Assembly (NCBI GenBank): GCA_028817975.1
Contig: JAPPOJ010000262.1
Span: 1 to 38,828, forward strand
Length of the DNA: 38,828 nt
Source of the DNA: Zetaproteobacteria bacterium
Lineage (GTDB): Bacteria > Bdellovibrionota_B > Oligoflexia > Oligoflexales > Bog-1112
Direction: 5' to 3'
The translations under genes were made by a program, and so were the position numbers. Position 1 is the stretch's first letter. Each line of letters opens with the position of its first letter. The notes under the pieces are model-generated. The model saw only the letters and a list, made by a program, of their open reading frames with translations. It did not search any database and was not told where the DNA came from. Positions 18,637 through 26,968 of this stretch are shown piece after piece.

Positions 18637-18963
18637 CTATTTTGTCTTTTCTTTGTCCGGAGTACACTGGATCGACTCTAGTGTTTCTTTGGGGTATTCT
18701 GATTTATTTTGAGTGCATATTGTCTTAATGAGGCGGTGAGTTGCATTGCATGGATTGGTACCATGTTCTTTGTGTTTTCCTAGTTGGCACTGGGTTGGTC
18801 GATACTCCGTGTTACAAATCATCGACTCTGCCATTGTTTTGCAGATGGTTTGCCAAGACATTTGTGGTGGAGAACTGGGAGGTGAGCTGGGCATTTGGGC
18901 TGGTAGCGTGGAACGATAGTCCCAGAGGTAAATAAAGACAATTATTTTCATAAGCGACTTCAT
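18637..18963 (-). CDS. Small putatively exported 6-Cys protein with a Kazal-like protease-inhibitor loop
   Basis: ATG 18963 with AAGGAG SD; hydrophobic N-terminus, SSPPSSPP linker, C..ICNTEYRPTQC...GTNPCN...C...C. Confidence 0.6.
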   Translation of the reverse strand: MKSLMKIIVFIYLWDYRSTLPAQMPSSPPSSPPQMSWQTICKTMAESMICNTEYRPTQCQLGKHKEHGTNPCNATHRLIKTICTQNKSEYPKETLESIQCTPDKEKTK

Positions 18964-19005
18964 GTTGTTCTCCTTGTCGAATAAGCCCACTGCTTGCCTT
19001 TCATT

Positions 19006-19380
19006 TTAACTTAGGAGCCCGTACAGCCAGGTGAAGACACCCATAAGTATGAGTAGGATCGAGATGAGCTTTCTTTTATTCCATAACTTAGAACGGATTG
19101 GTTGTTGCTGGAAGGATGGCTGTTGTGTGTCTTGGAGTCCGAAGATTTGTTGCAGCTCAGCACTATCGCTACATGGATAGTGGGTGTTTAAGTACTCTTC
19201 CAAAGTGCGCGGTGCGTGATTTTCGTAGAGTAAGAGATCATTTTGAGAGAGTGCGAGAGGCCCAATCAATTTTTCAATTTCTCTTTCATAAAAGGGACCA
19301 AGTAGGACTCCTCCGATTGTTTTGATGAGAACGCATGCTTTGTGTGGATGCTTGGGCTGTACTTTGTGAGGAGGGTTCAT
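19006..19380 (-). CDS. Small C-terminally membrane-anchored protein with a GYF_2-like motif
   Basis: VLIKTIGGVLLGPFYEREIEKLI resembles the GYF_2 GPF motif; C-terminal TM LISILLILMGVFTWLYGLL; its ATG overlaps the PP2C stop (ATGA). Confidence 0.6.
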   Translation of the reverse strand: MNPPHKVQPKHPHKACVLIKTIGGVLLGPFYEREIEKLIGPLALSQNDLLLYENHAPRTLEEYLNTHYPCSDSAELQQIFGLQDTQQPSFQQQPIRSKLWNKRKLISILLILMGVFTWLYGLLS

Positions 19381-20135
19381 GAGATGCTTTCAGAGGAAAA
19401 GTAACTTGCAAGGATGGTGACGTTGTCTCTGCCTCCGGCATGGATCGCCTTCTGAGCTAGTTGTCCTGGAAGGTCGCGGCGGTTTTCTCCATTTTGGAGA
19501 ATCGTTGTTTTGATTTCTTGGTAGGACAGTAAGTCGAAGAGTCCATCGGTTGCTGTAATATAAAGGTCTTTGGGGTCTTTTTTACGAATCAATACCTCGG
19601 GCTTAAGCACCATAGACAGGCCGAGGGCGCTTACAATGGCCTTGTCAGATGTTTGTGGATAGTCTTGTGGGATTTGACCTTGTGCGACCATATGGCCAAC
19701 ATTTTGGTCCTGGGTGACTTGCCATAGTCGCTCATTACGATATAAGTAAGTGCGTGAGTCACCGACATTCGCAATAAAGACATCTTCCACACCTATCCAA
19801 ATAAGGTTGAGGGTGGTCCCCATCCCTGATGTTTTGGGAAAGCTTTTGCTATATCTAAGGATATGTTGGTGGGCATCTTCGATGCCAGACAGAATGATGT
19901 GGGTACGTTTGGTCCGGTCGTTTGTTGGATCAAAAAAAGCTGACTTTAAACTCGCTACGGCGAGTGAAGATGCTATTTCCCCTGAGCTGTGTCCACCTAT
20001 ACCGTCGCAGACAATCCCAAGGCCCTGATGACTGTCGTAGTAGATGCTATCTTGGTTGTTGGCACGTACTTTGCCGACGTGGGTCACCCCATACATGCGT
20101 GTGCGTACTTTTGGTTGTGAGGTTTGCTGTTTCAT
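19377..20135 (-). CDS. PP2C/PPM-family Ser/Thr protein phosphatase (Stp1/PrpC-like)
   Basis: THVGKVRANNQD, VCDGIGGH, GMGTT, ANVGDSRTY, TDGL, GGRDNVT. Confidence 0.93.
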   Translation of the reverse strand: MKQQTSQPKVRTRMYGVTHVGKVRANNQDSIYYDSHQGLGIVCDGIGGHSSGEIASSLAVASLKSAFFDPTNDRTKRTHIILSGIEDAHQHILRYSKSFPKTSGMGTTLNLIWIGVEDVFIANVGDSRTYLYRNERLWQVTQDQNVGHMVAQGQIPQDYPQTSDKAIVSALGLSMVLKPEVLIRKKDPKDLYITATDGLFDLLSYQEIKTTILQNGENRRDLPGQLAQKAIHAGGRDNVTILASYFSSESIS

Positions 20136-20468
20136 ATTCCCATTCGTGCTTCAACCCGAGATTCCCTCGGAAGCTTTGCGGGTTGGGTACACGGACTTAT
20201 TTGCCTTGTCGGTCTCTATTTGCTTGGGATACAGATGGATATACATAGGTATGGGAATAAGTAGTTCCCCTCGTTTCATGAATCGGCGATAGGGAATAAA
20301 ATGCTGTTTTTTAGCTTATATCTATAGCCCTTGAGACTCTTCTTCGCCTCTTAAAATCGTTTTCTCTTCACCATTGTAGTCGTTCGTTCTCTGTGATAGT
20401 CTTTTTAAGATCATTTGGTTTACAATGCGTTTTGGTATGAAATGCATGCACAGTAAGAGGTAGCTCAG

Positions 20469-21440
20469 ATGCCCCAGCCTGTCCTAGAAGTGAAAAATTT
20501 GGTCACATCTTTTCGTGTAGGCGCTTCTTGGTTGAGGGCTGTGGAAAATGTTTCCTTTTCCATTGCGGAAGGAGAAATATTAGGACTTGTGGGTGAGTCT
20601 GGAAGTGGCAAGAGTGTCATGAGCCTGTCGGTCATGCGTCTGATCCGCACGCCACCGGGGCGGATTGAGCAAGGTGAGATTTTATTTAAGGGCACTAACC
20701 TTTTGACGCTACCGGAGTCCGAGTTACGCCGCATCCGGGGAAACCGGATCAGCATGATTTTTCAAGAGCCCATGTCAAGCTTGAATCCAGTGTTTTCGAT
20801 TGGGAGTCAAATCGCGGAAGTCTTTCGTATTCACAAAGGACTTTCACGTAAAGAAGCCCGCAATCAAGCCATTGAAATGTTGCAGTTGGTACAGATTCCT
20901 GCAGCTGAAAAGCGTGTGGATGATTATCCTCATCAGCTTTCTGGGGGAATGCGTCAGCGTGTCATGATAGCCATGGCACTTGCATGTCGGCCAGAACTAC
21001 TCATTGCAGATGAGCCTACAACAGCTTTGGATGTGACGATTCAGGCACAGATACTACGTCTTATCTTAGAACTCAGAGAAAAATTTGGTATGGCCGTGCT
21101 GTTGATCACCCATGATATGGGAGTTGTTGCAGAACTCTGTGACCGGGTCGAAGTGATGTATGGTGGCCATATTGCTGAGCGTGGCTCGGTACAAGATATC
21201 TTTGATCGCGCAAGTCATCCCTACACGCGTGGCTTGCTTGAGTCCATACCACGTTTACAGCATAAGTGTGAAGAGCTTCCCAGTATTCCTGGGTTTGTCC
21301 CTAGTTTGGATAAAATGCCGGTAGGGTGTCGTTTTCGCAATAGGTGTGGCTTAGCTCAGGAAAAGTGCGCTCAATTGCCCCCACCTATTGCTCTCGGGCT
21401 AGGGCACGAAGCAAATTGCTGGAATTTAAGTTCGCCTTAA
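20469..21440 (+). CDS. oppD: Oligo/dipeptide ABC transporter ATP-binding subunit
   Basis: GESGSGKS, MIFQEPMSSLNP, YPHQLSGGMRQR, IADEPTTALD, HPYTRGLL, C-terminal GCRFRNRC...C...C. Confidence 0.93.
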   Translation: MPQPVLEVKNLVTSFRVGASWLRAVENVSFSIAEGEILGLVGESGSGKSVMSLSVMRLIRTPPGRIEQGEILFKGTNLLTLPESELRRIRGNRISMIFQEPMSSLNPVFSIGSQIAEVFRIHKGLSRKEARNQAIEMLQLVQIPAAEKRVDDYPHQLSGGMRQRVMIAMALACRPELLIADEPTTALDVTIQAQILRLILELREKFGMAVLLITHDMGVVAELCDRVEVMYGGHIAERGSVQDIFDRASHPYTRGLLESIPRLQHKCEELPSIPGFVPSLDKMPVGCRFRNRCGLAQEKCAQLPPPIALGLGHEANCWNLSSP

Positions 21441-21458
21441 GCGAAAAGAAGGTCACCT

Positions 21459-22445
21459 ATGGAATCTGCACCTTTGGTTGAAGTGAATGCGGTCTCTAAA
21501 TACTTCCCGACCAAGAAAAACTTGTTTGGAAAAGTGATCGAACGTGTAAATGCTGTCCAGTCGGTGGATTTGCGTATTCATCCGGGAGAGACGGTTGGCT
21601 TAGTTGGGGAGTCTGGCTGTGGAAAATCGACCCTAGGTCGTACAGTGATTCGCTTGTATCAGCCTGATGGAGGGCGTATTCGTTTTCAAGGGCAGGATGT
21701 CACTCATATGAAGCATGCGCATTTGCGTGCTCTAAGGCGGCAGATGCAGATTGTGTTTCAAGATCCTTTTTCTTCGCTCAATCCACGTATGAGTATCGAG
21801 TCCATATTACTTGAGCCCTTTGTGATTCATGGTGTTGGAACCCATGTAGAACGTAAAAAGCGTGTGTGTGAGTTGTTGGAGCTGGTTGGTTTAGATTCTG
21901 ATTGTCGTGGTAAGTACCCGCACGAGTTTTCTGGAGGTCAGCGTCAGCGTATTGGAATTGCGCGTGCGATAGCACTGAACCCTTCGTTTGTGGTTGCCGA
22001 TGAGCCTGTTTCGGCTTTGGATGTTTCCATCCAGTCTCAAATACTGAACTTGTTGATCCAGTTGAAAAAAGAAATGGGCTTGGCTTACCTCTTTATTGCT
22101 CACGATTTGGCAGTTGTCTACCATATTTCGGACCGCATAGGTGTGATGTACCTTGGTAAAATTGTGGAGCTTGCAGATGCTGAGGATCTGTATACTCGGC
22201 GACTGCATCCTTACACGCAGGCTTTGATCGCAGCGATTCCTGTTGCCGAGTATCGTGAAGCTCGGCGTGACCGTAAAATCCCGACCCTCTCTGGGGATAT
22301 CCCTAATCCCATTTTTCCTCCTTCGGGGTGTTCCTTTCACACCCGTTGTCCGCATGCTCAAGAAAAGTGTCGTACGGTGGTACCTGAGTATCGAAATGTG
22401 GGTTCCGAGAAAAAGCCACATATGGTAGCTTGTCACTATGTTTAA
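21459..22445 (+). CDS. oppF: Oligo/dipeptide ABC transporter ATP-binding subunit
   Basis: GESGCGKST, FQDPFSSLNPR, YPHEFSGGQRQR, DEPVSALD, HPYTQAL, PPSGCSFHTRCP, VACH. Confidence 0.93.
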   Translation: MESAPLVEVNAVSKYFPTKKNLFGKVIERVNAVQSVDLRIHPGETVGLVGESGCGKSTLGRTVIRLYQPDGGRIRFQGQDVTHMKHAHLRALRRQMQIVFQDPFSSLNPRMSIESILLEPFVIHGVGTHVERKKRVCELLELVGLDSDCRGKYPHEFSGGQRQRIGIARAIALNPSFVVADEPVSALDVSIQSQILNLLIQLKKEMGLAYLFIAHDLAVVYHISDRIGVMYLGKIVELADAEDLYTRRLHPYTQALIAAIPVAEYREARRDRKIPTLSGDIPNPIFPPSGCSFHTRCPHAQEKCRTVVPEYRNVGSEKKPHMVACHYV

Positions 22446-22468
22446 GATACATGTGATAGGAACTTTGA

Positions 22469-23557
22469 ATGACAAAAAAACCCCTTGCTAAGGTCGTACT
22501 CACAGGTGGAGGGACCGCTGGCCATGTGATGCCTCATATAGCGCTCTTAGAAGAGATGCGTGCGCGAGATTGGGATCTCCACTACATTGGCTCACGGAGT
22601 GGTATTGAACGTCAACTGATGCACGACGTGGGAGTGAAGTACACCCCGATTCAAACGGGTAAGTTGCGCAGATACTGGTCTTTTGAGAACTTGTTGGATC
22701 TTTTTCGTGTCGTAGTAGGCGTTTGTCAGTCTTTGCTCACACTGATGTTTTTACGCCCTGATGTGGTGTTTTCCAAGGGGGGCTTTGTGAGTGTACCTGT
22801 TGCCTTGGGGGCTAGGTTATTGAGGATTCCTGTGGTCACCCATGAGTCAGATCGCTCTCCTGGTTTAGCAAACCGCATTATTCTTAAGTTTGCGCATTCC
22901 ATCGCTTACACTTTTCCCGATACACAGAGGTTTTTACCCCCAGGTCGGGGTGTTCGTTGTGCGTCTCCAGTGCGCCAGCAGCTATTGAATGGAGATATGC
23001 GCCGCGGCTTAGAGTTTTGTGGCTTTGATCCAGAGTCTTCTGTGCCTGTGGTTTTAGTCATGGGAGGGAGCCTGGGTGCTCAAAGGCTGAATGAGCTGAT
23101 TGCGACGAGCTATGCGCATCTCTGTGAGCAAGTGCGAGTGGTGCATATCACGGGTAAGCATAAGCCTTTGCTGCCGCAGGTTGATCCCCAACGGTATGTG
23201 GCGTTTGAATACGTGGACCGGCAGTTGGCAGACTTATATGCCTGTGCTTCTTTTGTGATTGCAAGGGCGGGGGCAAATAGTCTCTTTGAGTATCGTGCTT
23301 TACGCCTGCCCATGATACTTGTACCTCTAGAAATAGGTAGCCGTGGAGATCAGCTGGAGAATGCGAGTTACTTTGAATCTTTGGGAGTGGCGAAGGTTTT
23401 TAGAGAGACGGCGTTAGACCCTACGGTGTTTACAGAGACACTGGGTAGACTCATACAGCAAGATTTTGCCGCGATGCGGCAAGCATATTCGCAGCTGGAG
23501 CAACAAGAACTCCCAAGTGTTCTGAGCCTGGTGGCGCAAGCGATACAAGACCGTTAG
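22469..23557 (+). CDS. murG: UDP-GlcNAc:lipid I N-acetylglucosaminyltransferase
   Basis: GGGTAGHV, GKLRRY, FSKGGFVSVP, HESD..PGLAN, GGSLGA, RAGA, RGDQLENA. Confidence 0.92.
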   Translation: MTKKPLAKVVLTGGGTAGHVMPHIALLEEMRARDWDLHYIGSRSGIERQLMHDVGVKYTPIQTGKLRRYWSFENLLDLFRVVVGVCQSLLTLMFLRPDVVFSKGGFVSVPVALGARLLRIPVVTHESDRSPGLANRIILKFAHSIAYTFPDTQRFLPPGRGVRCASPVRQQLLNGDMRRGLEFCGFDPESSVPVVLVMGGSLGAQRLNELIATSYAHLCEQVRVVHITGKHKPLLPQVDPQRYVAFEYVDRQLADLYACASFVIARAGANSLFEYRALRLPMILVPLEIGSRGDQLENASYFESLGVAKVFRETALDPTVFTETLGRLIQQDFAAMRQAYSQLEQQELPSVLSLVAQAIQDR

Positions 23558-25083
23558 GTGTGTGGTGTTTGGTGTGGATGAATGAGAGCCTGTGGATAAG
23601 AAAGATAAAATGTGAGCATAGAGCCTAAGAATCGGTGGTGTCCGAAAGGGCTTCTGCCTGCAAGTGGGAAGCTGATGTCTTGCCCATGCATTGGCTGATT
23701 AATGGTTACATTGGGTGCAAGAATACGGTATCTGCGATCTTCGAGGATATTTGTGTCTCCATAAAAGGAAACAACGTGGGTAGAAGCTGCGGTGTTGATA
23801 AGTTCAATCGCTTCGTTTAACACGTCATAGACATATATTGCGAGATCCGGAGCCATCAGAATGGTTTTTTGATAGGCGCTGGAGGCGTTCAACTCTCCCA
23901 TTAAATGGATTCCTGGAAGCACAAAAAAGCCCTCCGGATGACCTTCTAGAGCTGTGAGTTTTCCGCGCTGGATAGACCTTTCTGCTTCCCTTCCTGCCAT
24001 GGTTTGAAATCGTAGAAACCTTTCTACGGATTTAGCGCTATACAGTGGACCCATGATCAAGCGGTTCTCGGTAGATTCATCGGTATCTGTGCGAATAATT
24101 TCCAGACGGTTGTGCTCCTGCTGTAGCATTTCTATAAAAGGTTCTAATTGAGAACGAAAGACAAATGCTCGATTGGTGGACGTGCACAGTTGGCCTGAGT
24201 AGCGTATGCAGCCGGCAAAGACTCCTTTTGCGGCGCTTTGCGTATCGGCAGAAGAGTGCACTAGTGCGGTATTTTTGCCGCCGGATTGTAAAATAAGTTG
24301 ACGACCGACGTAACCTTTGGAGTTTGTTTTAAGCTCCGCACAATGCTCTGCGGAACCGGTATAAATAATGGCACGAATGCGGGAGTCGGCAAGGCTTTTT
24401 AAAAACCCCGTAAACGGTGCATAGACAACGTTGATCCCCCCGCTTGGATAATCCATTTTCTGGAGGCACTGAGCAAAGATATGAGTGGTCAGGCATGCCT
24501 GTGTGGAAGAGCAAATGATGAGTGGACAGCGCGCTAAGATGCTCGCAACGACTGTATGCATCATCTGTGCGAGAGGTGTTGAAAAAGAGGTGTAGGAGAT
24601 GGCCGTACCTACTGGAAGCAGTTTGAGATCAAATGGACTTGTGCTATGGATCTGTTTCGTAAAGAGCAAGGATTCTAGGATAGACTCAGCATTTTTTGCC
24701 GTCCACTCGCAATATTGTACAGCAGCCTGGACTTCGTCGCAGGCTTCTGAGTGTGTTTTGCCTATTTCGACCTGGAGGCTTTTTATCAAATCACCTTGGT
24801 GTGCTTGCACAGCTTGGCAGAGGGCGTTTAAGCACTCGACTCCTTTCATGAGGCTGTATTCATCGCGGAGTGTCGATTCGATGTGCTCAGCACAGTCGAT
24901 AGCTTGAATAAGGGCATGTTCAGAAAAAGCAAAGTAGGCCAGTTTCTTTCCTGTATTTGGGTTAAAGGAAATGTAGGGCGTCGTTTTGGAGGGGAGTGTG
25001 GTGAGCTTACCTCCAATCCAGTGATGCTGAATTTCAAATAAATGATCCCCAGAGATTAACGAACCCCAATCCAGGTCTGTCAT
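23554..25083 (-). CDS. Aldehyde dehydrogenase superfamily protein with a degenerate active site (AstD/P5C-dehydrogenase-like)
   Basis: NPNTG, EIGK, YTGS, LQSGGKN, SGQLCTS, MGPL, GFFVLP; several canonical catalytic residues are substituted. Confidence 0.8.
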   Translation of the reverse strand: MTDLDWGSLISGDHLFEIQHHWIGGKLTTLPSKTTPYISFNPNTGKKLAYFAFSEHALIQAIDCAEHIESTLRDEYSLMKGVECLNALCQAVQAHQGDLIKSLQVEIGKTHSEACDEVQAAVQYCEWTAKNAESILESLLFTKQIHSTSPFDLKLLPVGTAISYTSFSTPLAQMMHTVVASILARCPLIICSSTQACLTTHIFAQCLQKMDYPSGGINVVYAPFTGFLKSLADSRIRAIIYTGSAEHCAELKTNSKGYVGRQLILQSGGKNTALVHSSADTQSAAKGVFAGCIRYSGQLCTSTNRAFVFRSQLEPFIEMLQQEHNRLEIIRTDTDESTENRLIMGPLYSAKSVERFLRFQTMAGREAERSIQRGKLTALEGHPEGFFVLPGIHLMGELNASSAYQKTILMAPDLAIYVYDVLNEAIELINTAASTHVVSFYGDTNILEDRRYRILAPNVTINQPMHGQDISFPLAGRSPFGHHRFLGSMLTFYLSYPQALIHPHQTPHT

Positions 25084-25332
25084 ATTTGATCCTTAAAGAT
25101 GTGCGTAGCGTGTGATCATCGGGCCATGTGTTTAAGTATAGATTGCCTTGACAGCAGGTCGAATGTAAAGGTCATCTTTGTGTGACCTCGTTTTTTAGGG
25201 GGAAAGTGCCGAGGTCGTAATTTTCCTGCTGAGGAAAGACACCCCTGTATGCTCAGGTATTATAATGGTGGCAAAGATCAATATATTGTGAAAATTACAA
25301 TAGCCTCCCTGACTTCTGTGGGGGGAACTTCC

Positions 25333-26103
25333 GTGGAGCTTGAATTGCCCGATAATGACCTGTTGGAAGTCGCTGCGTTTGAGGAGGGACAATTACGTGC
25401 TTGGGGTTGGTACTTATATGTAAGCGGAGAGGTGAAAGGCCCCTACGGCTTGGCACAGCTGGTCTCGTACTTGGAATACAATCACCTTATTTCGCCGGAG
25501 TGTTGGGTAGCACGGAAGGGGTTTTCACAGTGGTACCCAGCTGCTCAGTTGATACAAGCATACTCTCTAAAGGCGTTTGAGCGTGGGACGAACTCAGCTG
25601 TAGTGGCACCGTCAGCTGTATGTGATCATCGCTTAAGTGAGGCGAGTTCTGTGGCGTCCAAAGAAGATACGCAGCATCCTTCTCAGATGGATACAGCTTT
25701 TCATTTTGAAGTGCGCGCCCGTTTGCGTCTTGGCCGTTTGTATGCGCCATGGCGTGCTTTTCTGAAAACCCTTTGTATACCTGTGTGGGGCTGGTGGAGC
25801 TGGCTAGAGGAGTCTTTTTTAGAAGGGATATATCATTTGGGTGAGGCAAAGAGAACTTACCCGCGCAATTTCTTTTTTTGCTGGCTGCCTGGAGTGCACT
25901 TGTGGTACGTCTACAAATTTATTCGCCTGATTTCAGCCCTTGAAACGCAGAACAAAGATTATTTTCTCCGCCCCCATGTGGCAATGTGTCTGGCCCTTTT
26001 TCCCCCTCTATTTGCTTGCTATGCCCAAGCAGCGTTGACACGACACTGGAAATTGCACATGAAAAGTTTATTGGTTAGGTATGAGAAGTTTGCGAAAGCT
26101 TAG
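25333..26103 (+). CDS. GYF_2 (DUF4339) domain membrane protein with a DUF4234-like C-terminal TM region
   Basis: WYLYVSGEVKGPYGLAQL...WVARKGFSQWYPA is a GYF_2 pattern; three C-terminal hydrophobic segments. GTG 25333 has a G-rich SD; the ORF track starts at 25249. Confidence 0.72.
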   Translation: MELELPDNDLLEVAAFEEGQLRAWGWYLYVSGEVKGPYGLAQLVSYLEYNHLISPECWVARKGFSQWYPAAQLIQAYSLKAFERGTNSAVVAPSAVCDHRLSEASSVASKEDTQHPSQMDTAFHFEVRARLRLGRLYAPWRAFLKTLCIPVWGWWSWLEESFLEGIYHLGEAKRTYPRNFFFCWLPGVHLWYVYKFIRLISALETQNKDYFLRPHVAMCLALFPPLFACYAQAALTRHWKLHMKSLLVRYEKFAKA

Positions 26104-26894
26104 GCATGTGTTGTTGTGCGTTTAACCTTGGTCCGCCGTGCAAGTATGATGGTGATAAAAATAGTGAAGAGTGCGCTGCCTTGTCCGAGACTGACTTGGT
26201 TGGGTACGAACCAGCCTCGGGGGTCTCCACGGAGAAACTCAGTGAAAAAGCGTATGGATGCATAGCCTAGCACTGCGAGTACGCCATTGCGTTTATGAAT
26301 GGGTTTGTTCCAGCCACCCCGTGCGTAGATCCAACAAGCCAATAGGCCGACAGATGCGGACTCTATGAGCTGTACAGGCACGCGATAAATTTCAGGGCCA
26401 GGGTGGTTTGGAAAGGCAACAGCCCACCATGGAATGTTTGTGTCCGTGGAACTTATAACGGGGATGCCGTAGTCATCGCCATTGAGAAAACAACCGATTC
26501 GGCCAATGGCGATAGCACACAGTCCGGCAGGCGCCCCAAGGTGGAAGGCTTCTGTGCGTAGTTGGGGATGCCGACGACAAAAGAGCCACCCGGCAAGGCA
26601 TACTCCAAGAATTCCTCCCACCGAACTCATGGGACCACTGTGGAGAAGGAGTGAGAAAAAGCGTTCGCTCTGAATGTATTCCCCAGACTCTAAAATACCA
26701 CCGATCCGCGCCCCCATTATCATACTCAAGTAACAGCTGGCAAAGAAAGCAAAGAGCTGTGAATGGAGTTTAAGGTGGGGAAGTTTGCTGGTTTGTTGCC
26801 AGAGTAAGAGGAAACAGACACTTGCGCCGATGCAGAAGAACAACTGCCAGCTGGTAATCGTAAAAAGTGGACTGTGATACAAAATGGGTAGCAT
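26100..26894 (-). CDS. lgt: Prolipoprotein diacylglyceryl transferase family protein (divergent)
   Basis: GARIG, AIGRIGCFLNGDDYG, PWWAVAFP, PVQLIES, YASIRFFTEFLRGDPR, LGQ; SD AGGAG. Confidence 0.8.
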   Translation of the reverse strand: MLPILYHSPLFTITSWQLFFCIGASVCFLLLWQQTSKLPHLKLHSQLFAFFASCYLSMIMGARIGGILESGEYIQSERFFSLLLHSGPMSSVGGILGVCLAGWLFCRRHPQLRTEAFHLGAPAGLCAIAIGRIGCFLNGDDYGIPVISSTDTNIPWWAVAFPNHPGPEIYRVPVQLIESASVGLLACWIYARGGWNKPIHKRNGVLAVLGYASIRFFTEFLRGDPRGWFVPNQVSLGQGSALFTIFITIILARRTKVKRTTTHA

Positions 26895-26968
26895 GTTGGT
26901 CTCCTACGTCTTGAGAAATCTCGTGTGCGCTTGTATTTAAGAAGGGTGGTAACGAAGGCTGTGGTGGT

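Noticed and set aside
20151-20279. 42-aa minus-strand ORF (MKRGELLIPIPMYIHLYPKQ...) just upstream of the PP2C gene
   Set aside because: No clear SD and no recognisable motif; cannot be distinguished from a chance ORF without homologs or ribosome profiling.
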